This document shows, in pieces, positions 25,541 through 40,353 of a stretch of DNA of 64,000 bases (the first letter of the stretch is position 1; every line of letters begins with the position of its first letter). A program made the position numbers and the translations under genes. The notes under the pieces are model-generated. The model worked only from the letters and a program-made list of their open reading frames with translations, was not told where the DNA came from and searched no databases. Source of the stretch: Eledone cirrhosa (lineage: Eukaryota); NCBI GenBank assembly GCA_964016885.1, contig OZ024741.1, positions 196,850,001-196,914,000 of the forward strand, written 5' to 3'.

Positions 25541-26138
25541 TGCTATCTGATTTAGGCGCAAGGCCAACAATTTTTGGAGGAGAGGAAAGTCAATTAAATC
25601 GATTTCAGTGTGTTATTGGTACTTAATTTTATTGACCTTGTAAGAATGATCTGAACTCAACGGGATTTGAACTCAGAATGTAACTATGCTGCAAAGCATG
25701 TTGTCTGACATTCTATCGATTCTGCCAATCCACCGTCCATAATAATAATTGTTTCTACTTTTGGCACAAGGCCAGCAATTATCCAGTGTATTACTGGTAC
25801 TTTATTTTATCGACCCCATAAGGATGAAAGGCAAAGTTAACCTCGGCGGGATTTGAACTCAGAATGGCAAGGGCCGTAACTATGCGTCAAAGCATGGCGT
25901 CCGACCCTCTACCAATACTGCCAATCCACTGTCCATAATAATAATAATAATTGTTTCTACTTTTGGCACAAGGCCAGCAATTACCCAGTGTATTACTGGT
26001 ACTTTATTTTATCGACCCCGTAAGGATGAAAGGCAAAGTTAACCTCGGCGGGATTTGAACTCAGAATGGCAAGGGCCGTAACTCTATGTGTCAAAGCATG
26101 GCGTCCGACCCTCTACCGATACTGCCAATCCACCGCCC
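25541..26138 (-). mobile_element. Head-to-tail trimer of SINE family A separated by (AAT)n
   Basis: Three consecutive ~190-bp copies. The first is older and longer, and the next two are nearly identical to each other. Confidence 0.92.
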
Positions 26139-26531
26139 ACTATAATAATAATAATAATAATAATAGTATGTGTGTATACATATGTACACACACACACACA
26201 CACAAAAGTGCCTTTGAGTAGTGGTAAACTTCTAACAAACTGAACCTGTGTCAAAAGTTTAATTTGAAGATGAACCATTTCTCTTAAATCATTTTGCATT
26301 TATCTTACCCGGTAATAAGTGAAATTTATTGGATATAATATTTATTTTGGTGATATAAAAATCCACTGACAAAACCCAACACATTAATGGTTACTGAAAT
26401 GTACATTTTATATCGATTTTATATCCTTCTACATTGGTGGAGTATGGCTAAGATAAATTAAGGAATATATGTATGTAGATTATATAAAATATATATCTTA
26501 TTTCAAATTGTAGTTTAATGCTTTCACTTAC

Positions 26532-26604
26532 CCGTCCTTCTCTCTTGTCATGACCTGCAACTTGCCCAGTAGCAATTCTAATCTTATCAGGATGGATTGA
26601 TAAG
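26532..26604 (-). CDS. EML: EML/EMAP-like gene, WD40 exon: (C)LSIHPDKIRIATGQVAGHDKREGR
   Basis: Acceptor TTATTTTCTAG|C completes TG+C = Cys. HPDK..IATGQ.AG is typical of the first EML WD repeat. Donor CGG|GTAAGT. Confidence 0.95.
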
Positions 26605-26639
26605 CTAGAAAATAATAATAATAATAAATCATTGGATAT

Positions 26640-27480
26640 ATATATTGTGGGCAAAAAACAATGCTACAAATTTTTCTGGGTGGGCAATGACAACAGACTG
26701 GATGGAGTAGGAATTATGTTAGCAGTAAAATGGGTAGATGAGGTCATTGCCGTAAATAGAGTGAATGACAGAATCATTAAAATTAGACTAGTTCTAAATA
26801 GAACAACTGTGACAATTATATCTGCTTATGCAGCCCAATCTTGTCTACCTGACGTTATAAAAGACAGGTTCTATGAGTCCCTAATGCACACTACTTCTCA
26901 AATAACCAGCAGTGATTTTAATGGGCATGTTGGACAACACTGCGATGACTACAACGGGATCCATGGGTTTGGTACTAGAAACGAGGAAGGTTACAGGATC
27001 CTGGAATTCTATGATGCCAATGACCTAAATATCTGTTCTGCAACACGAGGACCAATGTGTCAAGAAAAATTGTGATATTATTGGGGAGAAGTGTGTCTGC
27101 AATGATAATGAAGGTAGAATGTACGTGATGCTGAAAAGAAGGTAGAATGTACGTGCCACTATGAAAAACTACTAAATGAGGAGAATGAATGGGATGTAGG
27201 TACTTTGCCCTAATTTGACCCAACAGAGGGACCGACTGTGCAAGTTAGTAGTAGTAGTATAGTAAGGCAATCAAAGATATGAAAACAGGCAAGGTAGCTG
27301 TAGCTAGACCTTCGGGAATAGTTGCCAAGATGCTGAAAGCATCTGAGATGGTGGGACATACCAGAGTCACCCATATAGTAAACTAAGTAATACAAAATGG
27401 GGTCATACCCAATGACTGGCATAGCATCATATTGTCAACTGCTACAAGGGCAAAAGAGACGCTCTAGACAGAGAAAACTA
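26640..27480 (+). mobile_element. Decayed, internally deleted RTE-like LINE fragment (endonuclease and start of RT)
   Basis: YKFFWVG...GVGIML...V.RVNDRII...SAYA...DFNGHVG...GFGTRNEEG.RILEF, then IPNDW and YKGK.DAL. Confidence 0.88.
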
Positions 27481-27484
27481 ATTT

Positions 27485-27556
27485 CAATATTATATATTAA
27501 AATTAAATGAGGAAAAATTAGAGTTTTTCCTCATTTAATTTTAATATATAATATTG
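27485..27556. repeat. Perfect 33-bp inverted repeat with 6-nt loop
   Basis: CAATATTATATATTAAAATTAAATGAGGAAAAA-TTAGAG-TTTTTCCTCATTTAATTTTAATATATAATATTG. Confidence 0.95.
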
Positions 27557-29059
27557 CTTCTCTCAGAGATTTCTGTCATTGAGAGATGTTTGGGTATTAG
27601 TGACTAATTTAATTAATATTAAACTGCTCCAAAATTCGTTGAGTTGTACCAGACAGTCTTTAGGCTGCTATTTCTAACAACATTATAAGCCTGTCAAGTA
27701 GACATAATATCTTAAGAGATTTGAGAACGTAACACTACATGTGCTATTTATATAACCATGTTGCCTTGACTAGTTACTTATTGGTATCGGTTATAATATT
27801 CACAGTTGTTGCAGACCTGTGGACAAAGTGAGGTTGGGAGGAGATGGCAGTCACTACTACAATAACAAATACTGACCTATAGGGAGGAGGGCGAAACGGG
27901 CTACAGGCTGATTTTGTTACTTCCTACACTAAACATCTGGTGATAGTGAGGTGGGACTTTCCCCAAAATTCTTAGAGCCATACAGAACCGGCCGTCAAAG
28001 AAATAACACCTCGTGTTTGGCTGTACCTCTGTTATGAAAAAAAGAAAATCCTTTTCGAGGAAGTTTTTGGATATTTTTAAATTTAAAGATTTTTTTTAGT
28101 AACTTTCAATGTTTTCAAGGTTTTGTCGTCTGAAGAGCTCAGTGAAATGATAGTCCTCAGTGAAATGTGTATAACAGAGTTTTAAATAAACCTGAATCAA
28201 CTGATTATGGCTCCGATCTTTTATTAATATATAATGCCCCAGCTTGCACCATTTATATAGGTCATTGAGTACTTTTTATCTGCTTCACAACCGACATACC
28301 ATAATGTGGTCCGCACATCCCTGTCCAGTAAACCCCATATTCTAATTAAATTCTATTAAGTTGAGTACTTTGCTGAAGTAATAAACAGGTGATGGCTTCA
28401 TATGCTCTGCTCGAATGACATGCCACATAGCAACGGACTGGACTTAAAAATCCACTTAATTTTGATTACCATACTAAGCTTTTTCTCTTATACGTACAAC
28501 TGTGAACCTACTTAACTCTTATTCATCCTCATGTGTCTCACTCCGATATTTCCTTTAAGTTACCTGAAGTTACCTTCTTAATAAACTGTGAAACTGAAGT
28601 ACAATCAAGTATTCAGACTTACAGTAAAGAGATTAATTTATATATTAAATTCAAAGTATATGCAGTATATAATAACCTGTCCATTAACTTGTTAATGTTG
28701 ATGTCTTCACAATGCAATTGTCACAGTACTTATCTGATTAGCGAGTAATCATCATCATTATCATCATTTTATGTCCGTTTTCTATGCTGGCATATACGTA
28801 TATAGTATATATATTCTTTTATTCATTTGCTGATTTCAGTCATTAGAGTGTAGCCATTCTGGGGCACTGCCATGAAAAGATTCAGTTGATCATAACACAC
28901 TCAGTATTTTTTTTTTTCTATCTCTTTTTGTTGAATCACTTTCGCATAAATCCCAAAGAGCAATATAAATAAAGTTAACTCTGTTTTCATTATTCTGAGT
29001 AGATGGTAATTAAAACCCAATTATATACACACAAGCACATCATAGCAACCATCACATGG

Positions 29060-32000
29060 TCCACTCCTTGTCCTGGTGTAATGGCTTGTGTATCTCAATG
29101 ACTTGAAGAGCTATGCCAGCGGGAGTGTAAGACCCTGGTAGGGACACCCATGCTGGACAGGTCGAAGGGTAGGAGTCAGACTAATGTGAATCAGGTTTGT
29201 GTCTGGCTAACAACCCGGCCTGTAAAAAAAATCCTGCTACAGAAACATTGATGATAACAAGCTGAGTCATTCACAGGGAAGAGGAAGGGTTTCCATCCTG
29301 GAGCCTCATGATGCAGTGCAGTGAAAGCCGAGAAGAAACTGTGAGGCTGACCCCCATCTGACACCCAGGACAACAAAAGAAATTGCCACATGGAACATCA
29401 AAATGATATATAAATCAGGAAAGACGGTTTAACCCTTTAACATTTACATTACTCTATATATACTATTGTATTTTCACTGTAAACACTTTATTTCACATAA
29501 TTATCTCACATAATATCGAATCTAATGAGATTTTGATATTATTTATTTTGAGAACAATACCTTAACATAAGTATGAATGGCCTGTTACAGCCAGTTTGAG
29601 CAGAAAGAGGGGAGAGAATTCTGGGCGGATACGGTTTAAATGCTAAAGGGTTAAGTAGTGAGGGGGATGAAGAACTACAAGATAGGAGTTCTGGGACCGA
29701 GTGAGACAAGGTGGTTATATAGAAGACAGCTGAGACATTCATCTGGAGAACAATTGCTGTATTCAGGACACAGAGGATGTAGCCCCTCATAGTGAGATTG
29801 TGGCCTTGATGCTGGAGTTGGAGACATAGCAGGCACTCATGGGATGGGAACCTGTCAACTCCCGCACCATCACAGCCAAGTTCGCCAACAAGAAGAAAAA
29901 CATCAAGCTAACATCATCCTACCAATGATGTGGAAGAAGGAAAGAAAGATGAGTTTTACCAACAGCTGCAAAAATTGATAAACAAAGGAGGAACCAAAGA
30001 CGTGACAATACTGATGGGAGATTTCAACGCCAAGATAAGACAACACAACACAGACTATGAGGCCATCATGGGGACATATGGTCTAGGGCAGATGAACAAG
30101 AATGGTGAATGCTTTGCTGACCTGTGTGCCCTGAACAAACTGGTGATAGGATGAAGCATCTTCCTGCACAAACACATCCACAAAGCCACAGGTTGATCGC
30201 AGGACCATGTTATATAGAACCAGATTGATCACATCTGTATCAGCTGGAGGTTCAGGGGATCATGGCAGAATGTACAAGTAATGAGAGGTGCTGACATGCC
30301 ATCAGATCACTACCTTCCTCTGACATCAGTGAGACTTTAACTCAAAAGATCCACCAATATAGGCCACACACAAACAAGATACAACGTTAGACTGCTCAAG
30401 AGTAAAGACACACAGGCAGCTTTCCGGATAAGCCTCTTAAACAGGTAACAGCTTCTACATGAGCTGATAGACACATTGAGACACTGTGGTAACACCCTAA
30501 TAGATTCTGGCACGACTCATACGAAAAGATTTTTGGCAAGAAGAAAACTCAGCACAAGGAATGGATCTCTGCAGACACCTTCCAGAAATTGGAAGCAAAG
30601 AAAGAGAAAAAAGCTTCCCTGAATATGAGCCGAACAAAGGAAGCCTAGGCAAGAGCACAGGAAGAGTACACAGCTGACAAGGAAGTGAAGAGAAACATCA
30701 TGAAGGACAAGAGAGACTACATCGACAACTTGGCTAGTCAAGCAGAGGAAGCAGCAGGCCAGGGGAACCTGAATGACCAGTATCAAGTGATCTAAAAGTT
30801 ATCAGGCAAATTCCAGGAGACAGAGAAGCCAGTGATGGGCAAGAATGGGAACCCATTGACAACAACTGAGGAACAACTGAAATGATGGGCACTTCAAGGA
30901 ACTGCTGAACTGCCCCACCCCTAAAGAACCACCAGATATGCCATCAGCAGAGACTCAACTATCTATCAACTGTGACAAACTCTCAAAAGTCATCCAGACA
31001 TTGAAAAATGAGAAAGCTGCAGGGCCAGACAAAATACTAACAGAAGCTGTCAAAGCAGACATAGACAGTTATCAATATGTTACAGAACCTCTTCAGTAAG
31101 ATCTGTGAGAAGGAAGATGTCCTGGCTCAGTGGAATGAAGGGGTCATCATCAAACTGCTGAAGAAAGGTGACCTCAGGGACTGCAGAAGCTACCGAGGGA
31201 TCATGCTCTTGTCAGTGTTGGGCAAGGCTCTCAACAGCGTACTGCTGGAGAGGATAAAGGAAGCAGTCGACCCCAAGCTCCGGGATCAGTAGACGGGATT
31301 CCACAGGAACAGATCCTGTGCTGATTAGACCAGCAGCCTACGTATCATTGTGGAGCAGTAACTGGAGTGGAATTCCTCACTCTACATCTACTTCATAGAC
31401 CACAAGAAAGCATTCGACAATGTGGACAGAGAGACACCGTGGAAGCTGATAATGCACTACGAAGTACCTCGGAAGATTATCTTGCTCACTTGGTGCATTT
31501 ACCAATATATGAGCTATAAGACTTCCCATGCTGGCCAACTGTCAGAGTCTCGATGTGAAGACCGGAGTTTGTCAAGGATGCTTGCTGCCACTTTCTCCTG
31601 GTCATTGACTGGATAATGAAAACCACTACAACAGACAGGAACAATGGTATACAGTTGACACCACGGGCACAACTGGATGACCTCGATTTGCTGATGATCT
31701 GGTACTCTTGCCACACAGTTACGACCAGATACAGGACAAGACCTCATGCTTGGAGACTACATCAGCCGAGACAGGGCTCAAGATAAACAAGAAAAAAAAC
31801 TGAGCTGATGAAGATCAACACCACTGCCAACAGACCAGTCACAGTCAACTCCAATATGAAGACTGTACTGCTGTATGGATATGAAACTTAGAGGACAAAA
31901 AAGAAGATGCAGCAGAAGATCCAGACATTCTTTAACACCTGTCTGAGGTGCATGTACAACATCAAATGGCCAGAGAAGATTAGAAACGAAGATCTGTGGG

Positions 32001-32272
32001 AGTGAGTGGGACAGGAACTAGTGGCAAAGCAGATTCTGCAGAGAAAGTGGAGCTGGATTGGACATACTCCCAGAAAACTAGCATCCAGAACCACACCAAG
32101 CCTTGACATGGAACCTGCAGGGTAAGGGGAAGAGAGGCCAGCCCTGCGACAGCTGGAGGTGTGACACTGAGGCTGAATTAAGAAAACTGGAGTGGCAAGA
32201 GTAACTCAGGATCATGCATGATGGCAGAAGGTCATCAATGGCCTATGCTCCACAGAGAGCGATGGGGCTGAA
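29060..32272 (+). mobile_element. Near full-length decayed RTE-clade LINE (APE endonuclease + RT), interrupted by a MITE
   Basis: TWNI, VLG.SETRW, LLYSGH, MGDFNAK, NQIDHIC, SDH, YRGIMLLS, KAFD and FADD motifs, then W.WIGH.L. Many stops and frameshifts. About 3.2 kb, a typical RTE size. Confidence 0.92.
29433..29650. mobile_element. piggyBac-type MITE inserted in the RTE endonuclease region
   Basis: TTAA on both sides (29429-29432, 29651-29654). TIRs CCCTTTAACATTTA / TAAATGCTAAAGGG match at 13/14 positions. Confidence 0.9.
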
Positions 32273-32306
32273 TGATATCACACCAAAGTTGGTCCCAGCT
32301 CATCTA

Positions 32307-33713
<1,407 letters not shown>

Positions 33714-33840
33714 ACCCATTCAAGCTGTAGTTTTTCAGAAGGCGGTTCTACAGTCTTTGTCATGCTGAAGTCAGTAACATTGGACGGAGCATATAGATTT
33801 ATGGGACGGCCACGCAAGTAGATTTTCAGATAACCTTCAT
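33714..33840 (-). CDS. EML: EML/EMAP-like gene, exon encoding the start of the HELP region: EGYLKIYLRGRPINLYAPSNVTDFSMTKTVEPPSEKLQLEW(V)
   Basis: Acceptor TACTTTTCAG|ATGAAGG. Contains the hallmark LRGRP and P..KL.LEWV motifs. Donor TGGGT|GTATCCTT. Confidence 0.95.
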
Positions 33841-34240
33841 CTGAAAAGTAAAATTATTGCAAATTAATGAAAATGTAATTAGTAACTGGAACAAAGTAAA
33901 GAGTTGTTCTTTATAATTGGATGCAATATCAATATTTGCAGGTGGAGTATGGTAAACTTCAACAGTGAAAGCTTTAACTGTTACAAATTAGCTAGTTCAG
34001 TTCTTTGATAGTTGAACTGTCATCACAGCTTATGAAATACAACATGCAGTATGATTCTAAACAAACTGAAACTTACAAATAGATTTGAATAACCACAAAC
34101 ATGAATTTTTCTTCCAGATGTGACTTTAAGAAGATTTGTTACATGAGGTTTCCCTAAATATAAACATATTATAACAAGTGAGCTAATCTGTTATGTTCTT
34201 GAGTAAAACAACATCACTATGAGTGAATGAGTATTATGAG

Positions 34241-34425
34241 CAAGGCTGGATTAATCATAAAGCAAATTAAACACATGCTTAGAGTATCAAGGAAAGAGGG
34301 GTACCATTTTATTTAAATTAAATGTATTTATCATTTCCCTCCAATTTTTTTGCAGACTTTATATTTGGGGTGGCACCATGATCTTTTAAGTGCTTAGAGC
34401 ATCAAAAGTACTGAATTCAGCCTCA
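34241..34425 (+). mobile_element. hAT-like MITE (degenerate CAGGGCCGGATTAA termini)
   Basis: Degenerate TIRs and an 8-bp near-TSD ATTATGAG/ATTATGTG. A reverse-oriented homolog lies at 55926-56109. Confidence 0.65.
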
Positions 34426-36168
34426 ATTATGTGTCAAGAAAATAGAATGTGATTGTTGATAAGGAGAAAGATTCAGAGAGATGAAGCTATCTTGCACTTG
34501 GGACAAAGAGAATTACATTTATATTAAGGCCAAAGGGGGAACTTTTTGAGTTAGCTAATTAGTTTAGGGTATAACACATGGGTCATTTGTTTAGATCTGC
34601 ATATCCTGTTAAAGAACTTAATAATTTTTTTTTTTTTTTTTTTTTCAATTACACTTTATCCCTAAAATATTTGTGAAATCAAACAACTGATAACATTTTA
34701 GACATAACTATACTTTATGATCAAAATCTTCGATTAACTCTTTCAATATCAAAATATTTATAATATGGAGCTGTTTAGTTTATCTAAAGCTTTCCATTAT
34801 AATTTAAGTTATGTTTCACACACTAGCTTAATAATGAGAAAGTTAGTTATATCATTATATCTATCCAAATTCTTTAGAAATATGGTAATGAAAGGGTTAA
34901 GATATTATATGTTATGTCTTTATAGAATCCTGGCATGTTATAACTGCTGGAATAACTTAGTTAATACTCTATGCCCTGTGAGCATCACTACACTATACAT
35001 AACCAAAGACATTTCCATAGATTCAGTCTATCAGGCTGTAAAATATGTGAAAGAGAGAAAGAAGATTCCTTGTTTGGTAATGTTAAGTGCAAATTTTCTC
35101 TTTCTTTTCTTCATCTTCTCTCAATTTTTTTAAATTCTTAATTATAAGGGGGGCATGCTTAGATAATGTGGGAGGACACTCCTCAATGTGCAGAACCCCA
35201 TGAACATATCACCTCATGGTCTCAGCAGTCAGAACCTAGAGGATAGAGATGTGTAGAAATAGTCATTTCAAATTGCAGAGCTCACACCAGTGAATGACCA
35301 ACCCCATCCAAGATGGAGTAAGGAGGTAATCTGAGAAGCCAGAATCTCAGACATCTCCACCAAGTAATATGTAGGTATCATTCATTTGTTAGCCTGCAAT
35401 GTTGAGTTGATGATTTTCTATAGGCCCATGGAAGGTAATGGAAAGCTGCTGTTATAATACTCAGCTACCTTTGTTATTTGAACTGGGGCACAGCTTGTAT
35501 ACAAATCTAGCCCACATTTAATGTACTTGAACAAACATCCACTTCTATATGGATATCTTAATTCATAATTAGGGATTCCAAGAACTGCAGAAAATCATTT
35601 AAAGAGATATATGCAGTGTAGGTGGGCAAAAAACAATCATTGTAACTACTACCCACAGGTTATAGTAATAATTCTTTCTAATATTGGCATAAGACCAGCA
35701 ATTATATAGACTACAATACTTAACTAGTACTTTATTTGACCTCAGAGGGATGAAAGGCAAAGTTGACAATTTGGTCCAATGCTTACTGACATTGTCAATC
35801 CACTGCTCGACAGGATACAATTTGAGGGGAAGAGGAAAGTGTATTAAATCGATCCCAGTGCATTACTGGTGCTTTATTTTATCAACCCTGTAAGGAAGAA
35901 AGGCAAAGTAAACCTCAACAGGATTTGAACTCAGAATGTAAAGGGCCATAACTATATGCTGCAAAGCATGTTGTCTGACACTTTACTGATTATTGCCAAT
36001 CCACCACCCTACAAGGAATAGTAATAATAAAAAATGAAAAGCCAGTTTTGCATGCTCTATATTCCAGGCAATTGAAAATTGATACCAAGTTGTAATTTCA
36101 GTTTAGTAAATACTTACTGTGTCATTAAAACACCCATAATGATAAGATCAAGAATAATATTTAATAAT

Positions 36169-36352
36169 TGTTTCTACTTTTGGCACAAGGCCACAATTAC
36201 CCAGTACATTACTGGTACTTTATTTTATCGACCCCATAAGGATGAAAGGCAAAGTTAACCTCGGCAGGATTTGAACTCAGATCATAAAGGGACAAAATTA
36301 TGCTTCAAAGCATGGCGTCCGACCCTCTACTGATACTGCCAATCCACCGCCC
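36169..36352 (-). mobile_element. SINE family A
   Basis: Full-length copy with 17-bp TSD GAATAATATTTAATAAT. Older degenerate copies lie at about 35675-36010. Confidence 0.92.
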
Positions 36353-38269
36353 TGAATAATATTTAATAATAAAACAAAAACAAACAATGCCTTTAACCCT
36401 AAACCCAGAATAACAAGAATATTCCTGGTATATTTGCTGTTTGTAGTATCAGAATTAAATATTTTTTTAATAGTATTTAATTACATCACTCTCTTAAGGG
36501 TTTGGGCATCAAAAGTATTAGTGTATACAAGAGAAGTGAGGTATACAGACAAACATGAAAAGAAAGATGCATGTGGGGAAAAGGAAATAAGAGTTGGGGG
36601 TTTGGTGGAAAACTACGAAAAAAAAACAAAAAAAAACAAAACATATTCTATCAAAGTTAAGAAAATCACACTTACTGATGAAACAACAAAGAATTGATAC
36701 ATAGAGAGAAGCTATACTATGGATGTATCTACCTATATCTGTATATAAATATATACTTTAAATCAATAATTGATGGTCTATTTGACTTGCAGATTGCTGG
36801 TCTAATATGAGCAATTAATTCCATAGAGTAAATCACAAAAAATATGGGAACCAAAATATAATTCACTGGCTCATGTCAACTTTGAATTCTGGGTACGATG
36901 GAAATGGGACATTGTATAACAGTAAAATATGGATACTCCATGAGCCAACTTGTGTAAATTATAAAGGAAAGGTAAATAAATATATATATACATTTTTAAA
37001 ATTGATTTCAGTCTTTAGACTGACATCATACTGAGACACTATCTTCATTTTAATTGACCATATCAACACCTGCATTTATTTAAATTTGGTATATATTTTA
37101 TTGATTTCTATTTATCAAATGACTAAGATACTTTATGACACAAAGGACATAATGCACCATTTTTTACATCGGATTACACAGATACAAAGATGTGTATTCT
37201 ATACAGCTTCTGACTATTAAATCCTACTCACAAAGCATTGGCCCATCCAATGCTTCAGTAGAAGACCAATGTGTCACACAGTAGGATTGAACTTGCAGCC
37301 ATGTGACGTGACTGCAAAGCAAACTTCTCAATAACACAGCTATGTCAGTACCCATGAGCCCTTATGCATTGAAAGTCTGGAGCAAGCTAAATATGCAGCT
37401 AAGTGAAACTTAAGTATGCAGGAGAAAAATATGGATGATAGAGATGTATTGAAATTGAAACGAATTGTAAGAAATAGAATATGTGTTATAAGCAGATAAA
37501 GAAGAAACAATAGGCAGAAAATGTCAGAAAATTTATTAATTATAAAGATGAGGGTAACTAGTTTTAGGTAGGGTACTGAGCTGTAGAAAACTTGCCAAAC
37601 AGAGAGTTAGGAGGATCCTTCAGCTGTGTCAAAGACACGACTACCTTATTAGTGCTGGTGCCATGATAAAATGCCATTGGTACTGACTTGGTCTATGATA
37701 ACCCATCCAACCCTTACTAGCAAGGAAAATGGATGTTAAATGATAATGATAAAGATGATAGTGACGTGTATGTTACTTTTGATGGTTGAATTCATTAGAT
37801 AATCTGGTGAATGGACTTAGTAAACATTTAACTTTTCTGATTTACAACAGCAAATTGTTGGTAAAATAATAACCAAAAAATATTTCAAAATAGTAGGTTG
37901 AATTCTGAAACAATTTTGCCTACCTCTATTTTGTGAAGCTGAAAACCAAAGTACATAAGATAAAACTTAAATCTAACTCCCAGATTTTCAATACTTTATC
38001 AATGTTCATATATAAGAAGACTACAAAATGATTTGATGAACAATTAGTTATTCTTGACACAAAGTTTATGTCAGAAATATTTATTTTATTTTAGTTTCCA
38101 ACAATTTTGGCAACTATTATCTCAATGAATCCTGATATCTCTCCATATAATTTTTTATCAACTATATCTTTTTTAATTGACTATAGCAGTAGTTGATACT
38201 ACTCATAATTAAATTGTATTTTCATTTCTTAAATTTCACCAGTCAGATCTAGTTTACTGTTTCACTGTT

Positions 38270-39250
38270 TCTAGCCACATTGCAGTGCTTTGGCAGGCTC
38301 ATTCGTCCCAGTCTCCAATTAGGTACTTTTCCCATATATTTGTGTTCAGATAAATCAAAACCATTCAATGTGGGTGTTGGACTCTTCTAAGGGTGCCTAT
38401 TGTCACCTCTCCTGTTCATAATATTCATAGACAGAATTGACATATACAGCTGGGTTGGAAGTGATAGCAAGACAGGTGGGTGTAGGATCAGTTGGCTATA
38501 ATTTGCAGATGGCATAGCACTACTTAATTCATCAGAAGGTGATCTCCAATATACACTTGATAAGTTTGCTGCTAGAGCTGTGAAGACAGACATTTGTCCT
38601 CTTAAAGAAGCCTCCACAGTGCACTCTATATGTGAGTGAAATTCCACTGAAGCATGTGGAGAACTTCAAGTATCTTGGGGCCGTGTTCACAAGCGATGGA
38701 AGGCAGGCGGCTGAATTAAGGGCAAGAATTGCAGGAGCTGGTGCAGTAATATGCCAGCTTCAACCTTCGGTTATCAGAAGAAGGAAGGCAGGTGCAAAAG
38801 CCAAACTCGATATCTTCAGTTCAGTTTTCATGCCAACCTTTACCTATGGCCATGAATCTTGGGTAATGACTGAAAGAATATGATCGTGAATACAAGCATC
38901 TGAAATGGGGTTCCACTCAAGGGTCTCTGGAGTAACGTTACTTGATTGAGTCCATAGCTTGGAGATCAGAGAGTAGCTCCATGTAGAGTCACTTCTTCTC
39001 TGAATTGAGAGATCACAGCTCTGATACTATAGGCATGTGGTTAGAATGTCTCAGGAAAGAATTACTTGGCATATTTTACAAGCAAAACTAGCCAGAAGGA
39101 GACCCTGGGGTAGACCTTGAGCAAGATGGTTGGGTAACATCCATGAGCTTGGGGATCCAGACAGATCAATTGGAGATGGTTGTTTCTGACAGGATCTGGT
39201 GGAAGGTGTGTTTGAGGACCTGCCCCCATGACCCTCTCAGGAATAAGTGG
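38270..39250 (+). mobile_element. 5'-truncated decayed RTE-clade LINE (Expander/Rex3-like), copy 2
   Basis: GCLLSPLLF, KYLGAVFTSDGRQAAELRARIAGAGAV and PTFTYGHESWVMTERI. Followed by a GAA-rich tail. Confidence 0.9.
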
Positions 39251-40327
39251 AAGAAAATGAAAACAAAAGAAAACAAGAAAATGAAAACAAAAGAGAAAAA
39301 AGAAAAAGAAGAAAAAGAAGCAGCAGCTTGACTTTCTAATTGGGGCTACAGCTAACTAACTCCTGGGCTTAATTGTACACTTGATTTTCACAGTAGGGGG
39401 GTGTTCCTGTTATATGACATGTACTGACACCCAGCAATGTGTGAGATGAAGAATTAATTGCACTGTTAATGACATTACACACAGAGAACATCATGTTATT
39501 CTTTATTATTATTTTCTTTTGTTGTTTTAAGCCAGAAAACTGATTATCTAAAATGAAATGAACTACTTTCTGCTCTTTTGCACACTCAAACCAGTGATCC
39601 ACAATGTCCTTAAAATTTCGACTTGTCACAACTTGTAACTAATTACTTTATTCTTTCTAAAGTAAAATATTACAGAAAATAATTTTTCAATAATATCTGA
39701 AAGTTACATTGCAAAGATTAGGTTTTTTTTTTCATTAATCTAAATATGAAAGTATCAAAGCTGTTAAAATGTTATATTTCCACTTGTGACAGCTTGGACA
39801 AGATTAACTTTGCAAAACCGTTATGACAACATTGCTGCTTATTGGTCAGATTGTTGTATATAATCAATATAGATTAGCACAGAAAGGGTGAACATAAGAT
39901 GCTCAATATCTTTGTGTGATGATGTTTGGTGTGCTTGTTAGAGTATGTGTAGGAAACTATATTGTTACAGTATTAAGATAGCCTTTATTCATTTTACCTT
40001 TCATCTTTATAATCACTGCTTTGTCTAGTCTTTAGTAAAATCTCCCACTTATAAAGACCCTTATTTTTTATGACAAGATTAATCAGTATAATAGATTAGC
40101 AACAAATACTACTGATAATTATATTAATCAATTCCTTTGATCCTTTCAACACACAGATCTACTATTGAAAATAAAAGTGAGATTGAATGGTATAGATCTA
40201 ATGAAAGATTAAAAGTGAGATTGAATCAGATAGGGTCAAGAAATGCTTCAACCAATATCATTCTTATAAAGAAAAAATGACTATCATCATCCAACATTAC
40301 ATGCAAGTTAAATATAAAAGTACCTAC

Positions 40328-40353
40328 CTATGTTCCAAAGGGGTTCTTTTGAA
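40328..40353 (-). CDS. EML: EML/EMAP-like gene, 26-nt microexon: (G)SKEPLWNI(D)
   Basis: Acceptor TTCTTTTGTTCTTTTCTCTAG|, donor ATAG|GTAGGT. The phase-1 end joins G+AT into Asp-EGYLKIYLRGRP. The result resembles the KEP.F..EEGY.K..LRGRP stretch that precedes the HELP motif in EML proteins. Confidence 0.85.

Noticed and set aside
28121-28180. Hammerhead ribozyme (CTGAAGA...GAAA...TA) of a Penelope-like terminus
   Set aside because: The core boxes are present, but stems I and II do not pair convincingly and CTCAGTGAAATG is simply duplicated. At best it is a dead remnant.
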